Shown here: piece after piece, positions 11,201-26,200 of the stretch
How the letters are laid out: the number at the start of each line of letters is the position of its first letter
Position numbering within the stretch: position 1 is the first letter of the stretch
Origin: Christensenella sp. UBA6345
Lineage (GTDB): Bacteria; Bacillota; Clostridia; Christensenellales; UBA1242
NCBI GenBank assembly: GCA_002437945.1
Contig: DJSB01000048.1
Coordinates: 5,114 to 69,113 of the forward strand
Length of the DNA: 64,000 nucleotides
Direction: 5' to 3'
Translations under genes and position numbers: made by a program
Notes under the pieces: model-generated
What the model saw: the letters and a program-made list of their open reading frames with translations, nothing else
What the model was told of the DNA's origin: nothing
The model's database searches: none

Positions 11201-14200
11201 AGAAATATAAAATGTTATATCCATCAGCTTTCGCTTGCTTGTTAGGAGCAGTTTTAGCCAAAATTCCAACATAACCATTGTGAGTGCAATTCTTTAATGA
11301 TCCTCTTTCAGACTCACCTGCAATACCACCAACTTTTACAGATGTTGTAAAGGATTCTGAAGCAATATATCCTTGATTGATACATCCATCAATTTGAGAA
11401 TCCGTTGCGTATCCAACTATACCGCCAGAATATCCAGTTGAAGCACTATCAGTTAAAATTTCACCATTTTTATGATTGGTATTGATATTGAAACTTGCTT
11501 CTTTAGCCTTGCCTGCTATACCACCAGCATAGATACCTATAACTCTAGCATAGTTTGTGCAATTATATACTGATGATAATATATTATCCTTATATCCAGT
11601 TCCATTAACTTCTCCTACTATTCCTCCACTAACATTCGCAGAATTATTACCATAATTACCATATGTTGTACAATTTACAATTAAATCGCTATCAGATTTA
11701 GCAACAATACCACCTACCGTACCCGCAGTTAAATCACCATTTCTTCTGCAGAATTTTCCGCCATCTTCTAGATTTTTACCAAAAATATTCTTTTGATAAT
11801 AGTAATTATTTGACAAACCAACTATACCACCAACAGTTGATGCATTACCACTATCAACATATGATTTAATAGCATAATTCTTTTCAGAATTAGAGCATTT
11901 AGAATTGGTAATAGCAAACTTCAATTGTCCATTTTCTAAACTACCTTCAGCTTGACCGATCAATCCACCAATTACTTCTGTTGTTCCAAATGAAATATTA
12001 GATTCATTAATACAATTATCAAATAATGTATTACGCATATAACCTAACAATCCACCAACTTTTTGAACATTATTAATGGTAATATCTTGATAATTTTCCA
12101 ACTCGCTCACTTTAGAATTGTATAAATTTTGAGCAATTGTTCCAAATGTGTCAAATCCATATGACGGATTAATATTTAGTTGACCACCATTAGATAAAAT
12201 TTTTATTCCACTAATTATAATTGATGTGCCACTATCCAAAAGTAGTCCAGATGACTTATTAATTGTAATTGAAGAATTATACTTTAATCTTATATCCTTG
12301 ATAATTAATTCTGAAGCACCAGAATTAATTACACCACCTAATAATGACATACTTAATGAACTGCTATCAACCGAATTGATTGTTACCGTATATTTTGCGC
12401 CATCAATACTTGTACGCCATGGATAAGCATTTCTTCCCAATGGAAGATGATCATCAACAGATATATTATTTCCGAATACAATATTTTTATCTGTACATTC
12501 TATACCAAAACGTTTTCTATTAAGTTCTGATAAGTATTTTAAGTTACCAGCATTATAAATAACATACTTACCATCTTTTGTTTCAGGTTCAGTACCTTTT
12601 GGGTTAATTGTATAATTAATATTGATATTCTTTCTATTACTAGTAACATTCTCCCAAATTAAATTCTGATCAAATACTTGATCATATGAAACATATGTCT
12701 TACCATCATAAGTAACTGAAGTATGAAGATTTGATAAATTAGATAAATAAGTTGTATTAATTAAAATTTGGCCATATCTATCTACATTTAAGTCTTCAGC
12801 AGTTACTTTCTTTGTGCCTTCCCTATAAATAACTGTATTTTTACCTTCTGTACTAGATGCAATATCAACACCTGTATAGATCTTATATTGTGAGCCTACT
12901 TCTAAATAGCCTACAAATCTACTTGTATCATTATTATTCTTATTTACGATATACTTATCATCAAATACACCCAACTTATTTTTATTAAGTAAATTGGTTA
13001 TATTACCAGAACCTTTTGCATAACCAATAATTCCACCTTGTTTTCTATTTTCATTAATAGCACCTACGGCACCTTCATTAATTACTTCACAAACATCACT
13101 ATCTTCAATATATCCAGCTATACCACCAACCGCTTCGCCTACTTCTTCTATACCACTAATATCTTTAGCAATAATAGTTCCACCATTAGTACTATTAACT
13201 ACAATAGCATCTCTTATATAGCCTGCAATTCCTCCAATATATTTATGACCTATTATAAGTGCTGTATTATCTACTATAGTAGGTGAATCGGCTTTATTAA
13301 GTTGTCCATCTATAGTTACTTGAGAATTTTCTTCGCCAATTGCACGACCAGCGATTCCACCAATACTATCCGATGTCGTTTCAATTATTCCATTGTTACT
13401 ACATTTTTGAATCTTTGTATTAGCCATATTGCTACTTAAGATTACTCCAACAACACCACCAACATTGTTTCTAGATGTAGTAATTTTGCCATTATTAATC
13501 AAATTACTAAATACATAATCACCTTTAGTATCATTATCTATAGTTCCAATAACGCCACCGCAACCCATTTTGTTATTTTCAAAATCTTTAGTTGCTATAG
13601 AACTTGTTATAGTAGCATTATTAGTTACATTTTCAATACTAGCATCTTTAGCATAACCTACTAGTCCACCAACATAGTAATTACCTAAAATACGAGAATT
13701 ATCACCAATTTGACCAATGTTACCTTGAGTCTTTTTATTAGAATCATTTATATCTCTTGATGTTATATGAGCAGTTTGATCCAAATACCCAAATAGTCCC
13801 ATATATGGTGTGTTAACTTCTTGGACTACATCACCTGTTTCATTATTTGAAACTTTGGTATATGCACCAGTAACTGTAATATTGGAGATTGTTTTACCAT
13901 TAAAGTTAAATGTGCCACTAAAATTATTAGTGCTTGAATAACCTATTGGAGTCCATAATTTTCCACCAAGATCAATATCATTCATTAACACAACAGTTTT
14001 ATTTTGAATTGAACTATCATTATTATTAACTAAAGTTGCTATGTAAGCCAATTCTTGTGGAGTTGTAACTTTAAACACATTACCTTCAGCAGCCAATTCT
14101 TTAGTGTCGTTTACCCAATATTGTAAAGCATTCTTTAATGTTGGGTAATCATTATTAGTTCCTTTTATACGAGTCCAAATAGTACCCCATGTAAAGTAAT

Positions 14201-17200
14201 CCAAGTCATGATTTTGTAAATATTCAGATGTAATTTTATTATTAAAATATCTACCCATAGAGTTGATATCTCTATAATTAACAGCATATAACGTTCTAGA
14301 TACTTCAGGTATTTCAGTAACAAACCCACCTATCAAATTAGTTTTTGAACTATCACTAGATTCTGCTCTAGTATAAACATACCCATTATTATAAGAATAT
14401 GTACCAATGTTACCAGCAATATACATTTGTGTAATATCAGTAGTATTTTGTGATGTAATATTACTACTAATATTACCAATATGAATAAATGCATTAGCAG
14501 AAGAATTATCTTTATCTAAAGAATATACATTTGAATTTACATATGCATATCTAATAACGATTTTTTCATTGTTTTTATCATTAATAGTCTTTATACCTAT
14601 TAAATCACCAACCAAGCCACTTGCTCTGTTACTTGCATAAACATCAGCATTCTCTGTACCAATATATTCAACAACAGAATAAGTTAGTTGTGATTGTGCT
14701 TGATTAGTAGAACCTACAATTGCTCTACCAGCAATACTACCTGCTACTGCGAATCCATTTTCGGAAACACTAATAAAGTTACTATCTTTGATAAATAAGT
14801 TTTTAGCGAATGATGTAGATTTAACTGTACCAAATATTCCGACATTTCTATTGCTTTCAACAACTGTAGCACCACTTATAGTTTTACCAGTACCTTGTAT
14901 TGAACCTCTAAATGGATATTCAATACCATGTACACTAGAAGAAGTATATGAGATTTCATCATTTTTATTAGATTCTGGCAATTCAATACCAAAACTTTCA
15001 TAACCAACTCCTACTGGTGTCCATAATTTACCGTTAAGTTTAATATCTTCTGCCAACCAGAACTCTTTACCTTCAGAGTTTACAACCATACGATTATAAT
15101 GAGTTCTTACACCGAAATTATATTTATAAGTACTTACTTTAGAAATTCTACTATCAGTATCTGTAGTCTCCGAATAATTAAAGTTAAAGTATTTAGAAGA
15201 ATTATTGTATTTTTCACTACCTGTAGCCAACTGATAATCAATCGCATTATTTTCTATATAACCTATGTTGGTCATCTTTATCAAGTCAGACATTGAAATT
15301 GTACTATTCTTATTGTCTTCAGCATTGTTTTTATCATTAACAATATAAATTTTATTATTATTTTTTACAATACCGGCTAATTCTGTAATCTCATTCTGGC
15401 TGGTTTTATTTGCCCAAATATAATCACTAGATATGTCACCATAATAATTGGTTCTGTATGAATCATTATTATCAGCCAATTCATATCTTAACATTGGGAT
15501 ACTATAATTCAACTTTTCTTCAGTAGAATTAATAACTACCCAGTCATTAATCATATCAAAGCCATCATGAGATAATGGATTAGCAGTGTACGAATTGTTT
15601 TTACTTGTTAGCGAGCCCAAATCAAATTTACCATTTTTCACAACAACTTTATCGTTACACTTAATACTTCCATTAGCATCTCTAATAACTTCATATGAAA
15701 TTGCCGAGCCATCATAATAAGTATAGGTTGTGTTATTACCATCTGAAACCACTTTATAAGATGAAATGTAATTATTACCACCATTATCACTATCAGAAGA
15801 TAATGAAACATTACTATCTTTAGATAGACTCCTAAACATGTATCCTTTATTATCAGAAACTAATTTTGATTTAGCAGTTATGTTTTGTTGATTTATTGAC
15901 ATTGAGTCAATAATACCTGTTTGTATGTTTTCATTAACAATATAAAATTCTGTAGAAGCGCCCGGATTCTTAATAGTAGTTTGATATACAATACCCTTGT
16001 TAATATTAATTAATTTAGAATTAATACTAGTATTAATAACCATACCACTATTATTATTTATTAGATAATTACCAGTATTATTATATGTTAAACCATATAA
16101 CAAACTATGAGAATCAATACTATCTATAGATAATGCACTAATTAAATCACTCTTATTAGGATTAATATAAATTTGTGCGTTAGTTAATTTAATACCACTT
16201 ATAGACTTTGTAGAGTCAACAATGTATGTCTCATTGGTAATATTTGTATTGATATTAGTGATATTAGAGTCTAAGATTTGTGGGTTTACTTTTGTACCTA
16301 ATTTTTGTAAATTTATGGCTATGCCATCAGCATGAGCAATATTGATACCTGCAATACTTTCTTCTGTCTTATTTAACCAAGTTAATTGTGGATAAGAGTA
16401 TTGATTAATAATTGTCCATACTTCTTTATTAATAAATTCATTGTTGAATTTTAAAGATTTGAATGGAATATTTTCCCCACTGAATAATAATTCTTCTGTG
16501 CTATATCCATCTCCATAATTATTACCATATGGTACAAAATCTTTATTATATATATTATTATAGAATAATAAGTTTTTAACATTAGATATATAAGCAAGTG
16601 GTAAATCTGTGGTAAATCCACCGATAAATCCGCCCTTATTCTCTCTATCAGCATAAGCAAGTTTATTTTCGACAGAATATAGGAATTTACCAATACTATA
16701 GTTATTAGATAATTCAACTTTCGAATTAATATTATCTTTATTGAAAGTAATATTACCTACTATTAAACCAGCAAAGTTACTACTTCCAGTAGAGAATATT
16801 TTACCTAAATCAATATCGGTAGTAGAGTATGATTTAATAACTTTAACTATATTGTTTTTTACACCATTCAATGTTTGATTAAGATCAATATTACCTACTA
16901 ATCCACCAACATAATTTATTTTACTACCAGTGCAAGTTCCTGCTATATTACCAGTTGCAACACTTTCAGAAACAATACCATTATATAGTTTACCAATCAA
17001 ACCACCAACGACATATTCAGTAGGTTTAGGGTTTCCTGTAATATCAATATTAGTTGTAATATTAACACTTGATACTACTTGATTAATCTCGTATGCATCA
17101 TTAACATTTTGTGCCATAAAGACTTTACCAAATGCTCCACCAATATTGTCATAAACAGAATTAATTGTTTCGCTATTATGGTTTATAGTATAATTACCAT

Positions 17201-20200
17201 CTACATAAACTCTATTAATAGTTTGACAGTTATTTACATTACCTATCGCTCCGCCAATATTGTTAGTACCATTAATAATCTTTGCATTATATGTTATTTT
17301 TGAAGATCCAACATAGATATTAGATAATGTACAATTTTCTACATAACCTATCGCTCCACCAATGTTGTTAATCAAATTATCACTATCTCCATTAATAGTA
17401 ATATCAACTATCTTCCCAAATGCATACAAAGCAGAAACTTGTTTGTTTATAGCATCATCGGATAGGGTTTCACCAACCAATTTACCAATAGCACCACCAT
17501 AGTTAAATGTTCCTTTATAATTATTAATTACAACAACATCTTTTTCTTCTTTTTCATCACTATTAATAAGTTTATTTATATTCCCGCCATCATTGGTTAA
17601 CCTTATTTTATTAGCATATCCAGCCAAACTACCAATATTTATGTTATTAATAATTGAATTTATATCATTAGCAAAATCCAATTCAACATTTAATTTAATA
17701 GTAACTTCGTTAGAACTAATGTTATTAGCCATACTTGTAGAATCGTTAATTCTACCAGCCAGACCACCAACATCAAACGATTTATTAGAAATATTATTTA
17801 AATATTGTTGAAGAATACCACCTTTATCAATATCAATATTTATAATTGGAATAGTATTTATAATTTCACTATTACCGACCTTGCCCCTACTTAATTTTGA
17901 GTTAGCAATAATGTACTTACTAGAAGCAGAAGCAGTAATCATACCAGCCAAACCACCATATGCTAAAGTCTTATCTATATTATCTCCCGCTTTACTAATA
18001 TCACCGATACCTTGAACATTAATTTGAAGTCCATTAATAGTACATGTATTAATGCTACCATTACCACTATAACCAATTAATCCACCTATAGCACCTGCGG
18101 TTTTTGAAGTAATTGTTACATTAGAAACATTAACATTTTCTATTTTTGTACCAGCATCACTATATCCTACTAGAGAACCTATAAACAATGGATTGTTATA
18201 TATATCATTCTCTTTATTTAAATTAGATGAAGAGACATTAATATCTACTTTTTCCAAACCAAAATGATGGAATGAAGCATCTGACGTATATCCTAACAAT
18301 CCATAATATACTTCATTACCTACTTGGCTTATTTTCAAATTTTTAATTTTAAAGTTATTATATACGCCGTTAGCATCTTTAGAAGAATATAATGATCCTC
18401 TAAATGGAGAAGCAACACTACCAATAGGAGTCCATTCTTCATCATTCAAGTCAATATCATTCATCAATACAAATTCGGCATTACGGAAATCAGACATTAA
18501 TTTTAATTTTTCAACCGTGTCTACTTCAATAACTGTCTTTTCAGGTTTTGCTTCAAGATATGGGAATACTGTTGCATTATCTGCTGCAGTTTCTCTTCTT
18601 ATACCTGTCCAACGATTAGTTGTCCAAGATTCATAGTTTAATGGCACTGTTATATTGTCATTTTTTCTATCTATTACACCACTCTTATAAATACCATATG
18701 TATTAGATTTTATAATAGCATTCTCTTCTTCATCTATTATTGTTAAAGAAGTAATTAACTCTTTATAAGTTCTTGCCGAACTTATATTTTGTCTTCTACT
18801 ATATCTGTTATATTTATATGTGAATTTTTTACTTCCAGCACTTGCAGTTTCAAATTTTTGCTCGTCATAACCAAAATCACCCGCATTTTTGAAAGAATTA
18901 TTATTTAATCTTCTATCGTCAGCGAATTGTGCTTTACTTGAATCATCATTACCAGAATATCCATCTTTTGGATCGCCTGTTAATCCTGCAACAACTAATC
19001 CAACTTCTGACATTACGTTAGTGATTTCTTCTCCAGACTGATATTTATTAGTTGTATATTGATATTGTGGATAGTAGTTTTCAGCAGCACTTATAATACC
19101 GCCCACTGTTAAAGCACTAGAATCCTTAACATAGTACAATAATGTACCAATAAAACCACCAATATATGAATTATCTCCAATTGAAGATTGCGAACTATTT
19201 TTACGTACAATATTGGTATCTTCTTTTCTCCAAATATTGATAGCAACAACCTTTCTTAAACTTATTATGCTATTGGTTAATACTCCCCTGCTAGTAGCAC
19301 CTATGTTGTATAGGTTACTTGAAGGAATTGATGATTTAGACTCACTATATTTAAGATCTACTTGACTACCATTAGAATCAGTCAATTCTGTAGATGTATT
19401 AAAGAATAAGTAATCATTCATCTTACCCATAGCAAATCTTGTGGAAGACATGCCACTATCAGTAGGGTCATTAACACTTTCCGATGCAGTCTTTGTTGCC
19501 AAACCAATTAACCCACCAGCACTATAATATCCTTTAACACTTGATGTGACATATATGCTTTCATAAGAACCAGATATATCTAGTCCTGTAAATCCACCAG
19601 CATACATGCTATTTAAGTTAATAACATTAATGCGACTATATGAATCACTAACTGTACCAGCATTATTAAATCCAATAACACCACCAATATAGTTAGCATT
19701 TCTAGCGAACAAATCATTATAGTTAAGTTCACTACTATATATAATAGGATTAGCAGTAGATACTGATACTCCTTTTTTGTATTCAGCATCTATCTTATCT
19801 TGTATTGTTTTTGTATGAGCAATATAACTTCTTTGTAATGTACCACGGTTTTCACCAACGATACCACCAGATATTCTAGTACCACGTAATTTAGGAGTTA
19901 CATCTTCATCTATGATAAATGTTGCATCACTAATTGTTGAAGTATATCCATTAAGTCCTACAACGCCACCAACTATTTCACCATCAATTCTAATATTGCC
20001 ATGTACTTTCAATTTGCGTGCATTGGCATTGAATAGTGATTGTTTACTTTGAGAGTTTGAGCCACTATCTACATCAAGAATACCTATTACACCACCTGCA
20101 TAAGAAACTACTCGAACGTTGGTATTTGCAATACCATCATCTTTGACTGGCTCTTGGTCTTTTTTAGTTTGACCAAGTTCAAGTACAGGTATTGCTCTAT

Positions 20201-23200
20201 CATAAATGTTAAATGTTCCCTTATTAGCAACAGGATTCTTTGAACTAAATATATTAGAACTACTAAAGTATGCAGATTGTACATTAACTGTATTGGTAAT
20301 ATTAACTATTTGACTATCACCAATTACTAGTCCTGCTAGTCCACCTACAACATTTTGTCCTTGTATAAATGCAGAATCGCTCTTACCTGTAATATTGATA
20401 TTAAATACATCTGCATTTTCAATACTACCTGCTAAAGCACCTACATATTTAACTTTACTACCACGCACATCGTCAACTACAAGATTTAAGTTTCTTACTA
20501 CACCACGCCTTGAAGTCATAGTATCTATAGGTTCAGTAACGATTTGACCAAACAAACCTAGATAATTAATTTCTTCTTGTGCATCATCAGATTCAAAATC
20601 TGTATCACATACAACTCTTAACTCATTAATGGTCATACCATTACCATCTAGGTCACCAGAATATTGAGTTGTATAAGTAGTTGCAGTTAAGTCGGTAGAA
20701 TTAAATGCAATATCAGAGATAAGTCTAACTGCATATGATTTATTTTTAACATCAACAGTCATTTCTTGATTAAAGTACTTATTAAATTCTTCAGCACTCT
20801 TAATCAATTTTGGATTGCTAATATCACTACCAATAGGAGAACTCTTATACTCGTATTGATTCTTTTCAGATTGACTAGTACCAGTCCATACTCTTACAGA
20901 AATTGTCTTCATATTAGCAGCAACTAGTTCTGGACGTTTAGCAATGTATGAAGAATGCTTCAATTTTTTAGCCAAATCCGTACTTAAATTTAAACTTGGC
21001 ATAAACCATACTGCTCTAGTTACTTTATCTACACTATTCTTTTCAAAATCTGTATTAAATGCGTAACTTTGGAAAGTATTGTATTCAAATAATTGTGTAC
21101 TACCTATAGCAGTAGCAGGTTCATCAGTATCCAAGAAATTATCTGGATATTGTCTTTCTAGGTCAGAGTCTTCAACTGCAGAACCTATCTTTAAGTAGTG
21201 AGTATCACTATAACCGGTAGGGTTATCATTATTATAAGTAGATTGTTCACTTACACCAGTAAATGGACTAGAACTATAATCATTAGTCTTTACACTACTT
21301 AATGAATAACATGAAGAAATTGTACCTTTAGACTTGTTTCTAAATACGAAACCACTTGAGTCAACGCCATTAACCATAATGTTTGCATAACTATTAGATA
21401 CTACTGCATCGTTTTCAAATACAAACGCACTGGCTTTAGTCTTTGTACTAATTACAGCATTCATTGCTCTTAATGAAACAACATTATCATTAGGTTTATT
21501 CTTTGGATCATTACTATGAATATAGTTGTAACCAGCAAAACTACTTTTAATATCTTTTTCTAAACCTGTCTTATCAGGGAAATTAGAAGAATTAATTTGT
21601 CCTTCAGGATTATTACCTTCTCCTACTCTACCTTGAACATAAGAGTATTGAATAGCAGAATTAGTAGAATTATTGTAAATTACAAAACCACTTGTTGCTG
21701 ATTCATTATAGTTTTCAGCAACACGGTTAATAATGTTACCGCCTTTAAAGTAAGAAGAACTTATCTTACCAGCATTCTCTACAACAAAGCCACTTACATA
21801 TCCAACACCACTTATTGAAATATCATCAATACTTGAGTTAGTTATAGTACCTATACTATCGCCTTCATCCAAGTTTTTAGCAACTAATCCAGCCATATAA
21901 TGTGTCTGGGTTTCAATTGTTGTAGTTGTTTCAATTCTTACTACTGACAAGTCTCTTGAACTATAATAATTAGTTTTTGTACTTGTTGGTAGAGTTTCTC
22001 CAGTAAGTTGAACTCTTTGATTAATTAATTCAGTAGCATTATAAGTTACTTGAACATTGGTAATTAAACCAGCATTTTCAGCGGCTAGAATACCAAATGT
22101 AACATTCTTATATGCTCTTGCATCTACATACAAGTCCACATATTTTGAATCATAACTTGCGGATTCGCTAGCAATATGATCAGATGTAGGAGCAATTTCT
22201 ATAATTAAGTTTTTAATAGTTGTACCAGCATTGATACGACTGAATATACCAATATTGGCTTCTTCAATCAAATCAGCACTTTCATCATATGAATCAAGAT
22301 TGAAACTCTCCAATTTTAATACATATCCGTTACCGTCTAAACTATTAATTTTTAAATCTGATCTTAATGGTGTCCAATCTTTTAATGTTAAATCATTAAC
22401 CAAAATATAGTCTACACCATCTTCCATATTTATTAATTCTTCTACAGTACTAATAGGATCTGGAGCATCTTCATCTCTTTCCCTATGGAAGTTAAATGTA
22501 AATTCACATATTTCTTCTTTTATAATATAATAAGAAGAATCAGTAGTGTCTATTGTACTATCAGAAGTAATAGGGATTAGTTGAACTTCACCTTTTTTAT
22601 CTTTAGGGTCTTGACTACCATATGCAAACTTAACAACTGCAGCAAGTCTATCATTACTACCAAATTTAGTATTTTGAACAGTGTACACTGTTTCACCAAA
22701 ATCACCATCATTTCTTGCACCAATTGTAAATGAATTAGCAATAATCTTATCAGAATTAGACTCATTAGCATCAGGTATTTTAGCATACCTACTATCCCCA
22801 TCAATTACTGATGTATCTACTGTACGCCAGATATATGGAGATGCCAAAACTTGTCCATTGTTAGTATCTTTATATGTTGCTTTTGAGAATTGGGCTTCAA
22901 TTTGAGCAATTTTTAATTTAACAGACTCTGCAATTTCGCTATTATATTTAGCCTTGTTTACACGCACAATTAATTTATATGGTTGGTTAAATATACCCAT
23001 CATATAACCATCAAAGACATTATCAACAGTTATTTCTTCTATTAAGAAATCAGTAATTCGAACATCCACATTAGATGTAAAGATTATTGTTTCACCATTG
23101 ATTTTCTTTGAAACTTTACCTATCAAGGCAATCTTATATTTTGTTGATGTATTCAAGTTAGTATACAAGTAATATTTATTGTTACGATAAATCACTTCAA

Positions 23201-26200
23201 AATCAGTCTTGTATGCACCAACTCTGATTTCTTGGTCATTTGAACCATAATAGTACATATAACTTTCATCAAAGTTAACTACACCATCAAAGTTATTGGT
23301 TTGTACAGTAATCTCATGTTCGGTACCTCTGGCAACTACGCCACGGGTTTCGCCATCAATGGTAATTGATAATGAAGGTGGTGACTGAACATCAAGTTTA
23401 ATAGATTTAACTTTAACTGGGTCTACAACGCCATCTTTATATGCTCTAACTGTTAAAGTAAAACTATTGGCTTCAGTAACAAAACTATTAATTAATGTAC
23501 GAATATAAATATAACCATTATATTTAGTTTCTTTATTTTGATTTATGTATGATTTCTTTTGTAATACTATTCCATTATCAATTCTGATAATATCAGTTAA
23601 TAATGTCTGGTATGTACCATTATAAATAATACCATAATCAGTTTCTCTAGCATTAGCCAACATTTGTTCTAATTGAACAACAGTATTAGCATCAACACTA
23701 GAAGATATTTCTAATCTGTCATATGCAGCATATTCAGGAGAAATATAGGCTTTTAATATACCAACATGTCCTGGAATAATATTGTCATATGCAATTTCGT
23801 TTAAGTTAACATTAGTTATCTTATTGTTATTGTCATCGTAAGATACACTAACTTCACTATTTGGATAATGTTTTAATACAATGTCATTAACTGGTTGTGG
23901 GTTAACCGCAACTGGTATAACAGCCTTTAAATTATTATCCATATAATCTGTTAAGTCATTAGTTACATAACCATTTTCACTAACTATAATACTATCACTA
24001 GTATTAAATTTTGCGACAAAGAATGTAAGATTCTTAACGTAAGATTGAGAGATATTTGATTTACTATCATAATCGATATATATATCAAAATAGTAACTTA
24101 AATATCCATTAACTGTTTGTTTAGGAATATTAGTGCAACGAAGTGCAATATCTCCTATAAGTATCTTTTTATCTTTATTATTATCACCGAATGCTTTGCT
24201 TACAGGAATTGTACGTTCGATATTATCGCTATCATAATAAGTTAAATACAATTCTTCAAAAGATTTTTCAGTTCTGATATCAATCTTAAATGACATTTCT
24301 GTACTTGGATTAATAGTTAATGAACTTACCGAACTATTAAGTGCCCAGTTTACATCACTAAATGTTACATTAAATACCGATACCATATTTCTGTAATTTC
24401 TTAAAACAAAATCATTAGAAGTTACATCAACAATGGTAGAAGTACCAATTAACCTATTACCGTCATAAACATTTACATATGGAACTGCTACAAAACTTAC
24501 ATTTTTGAAAGTTTCAGTAGAAGCAAACTTGGCTTCCATAGTAGAAGGCACATCAAAATAATATACCACATTGTCGCCTATAGTTTCTTCTTTTCTTATT
24601 TTATCATTAACTGTAATTGCTGTAGATTTACTAATAAAGTCATAATTAGATACACTGTCTTTAGCAAATTTAACTATTGGATTGTTAGATGAGTCAAGTC
24701 GTGCAAAGTAATATCTTACACCACCATCCATATTTGACTCTAAACTGAATGTTTTTGTTACATTATTTCCTTTGTATTCATAATTACCATATACATTGGA
24801 TTTAATAGCAACATTGGAAGGATACTCTAAAGTACTCTTTGGTATTATAATCTCTTTGTTATTAGTAATTGTTGTATTAACACCTGAAGAAGCATATGTT
24901 AGTCCAATCTTGTTAATAGTGTTAATTACATTGATAGGAACTACATGAGTTAAATCACTATCATATGCCGAACTAATTGTAAGTGTACTATTACCTGCTC
25001 CCCTTGCAACAAATGAATAAGTATTATCATAATTCATTTCTATACTTAAAACATTGGTATTAGAAGAAGTAATCTTTACACTATTACTATTAATAAACGA
25101 AGGAACTGTAGAAACTTTTAGAATATCGCTTAAGTTATAACGATTTTTAGACTTAATATCATTAATTAACTTAACTTCATCATCTGGCAATAATCTTACT
25201 TTTGTATCAGAACCAAAGTTGATTGATTGTCCATTTTCAGTAGCGACATAGTTTTCGTCTGCTAATTCATAGTAAGAAATAATTGAATATAATTTGTTTT
25301 GTTCATTATCATTAAGGCTAGCGATAAATGTTCTTACACCATCTTTAATATGCTCTATATTAATTTGTTTTGGTGGGAAATTAACTAATAAATTAACTCT
25401 ATAAGAGTAATCATCATTGTTAAGTCTAACTACTCTTGGAATACCAAACAATACTGGAAGACCATTGTTAACTTCAGAATTAATATACCAATGTCTATTG
25501 TCAGTTTCTAATTGGTTTTCACGTTGAATATAAGTTAATTTGTTACCATCAGTCTCATCTATTAAACCATCTCCATTTTTATCATTCCCACTTGTTACTA
25601 TATATGCTGACAAAATAGAGTCAATATTATTTTCTGTAGAATTAAATGAATAAGATATTTGAGATTTTAAGTCGATAGCCTGATTTTGTTTGTCCGATTC
25701 ATTGGTAATCGCAGTTGCAACTTGATTAACTTTAATCATATCAACCGATACAGTCTCGGTTACTTTTGACTCGCCCAATCTATCATAATACTTAATTTCT
25801 ACTTGTTTTTCGCCTTCGCCAACATATCCGCTTGCTAATGCATAATTATCTTTTGAAGTAGTATCGTATGATGATTTGGTTGTGTCACTACTATCAGGTT
25901 TTGTAGGTATCTGTTTTGTAGTAATATAACCATATTTAGACATTGCCATAAAGTAGGAATTGGTAATGTTGTTATAATAACGATTAATGAATTTGAATTG
26001 AGATACATTCTCTTTTTGTGCATCTAATGAAATATCTATGTCTCCATAATATGCAGTTGGATACATAGCCGATAATTGAGATGCTGCATATGAATATATA
26101 GTTTTTGCTGATGCGCCACTGATATAATCACCTATTAAGGCGAATGTATTGCTTGCAGATAATGCATCACCCACAATACCACCAGTAGCAGGTGTTGCTT

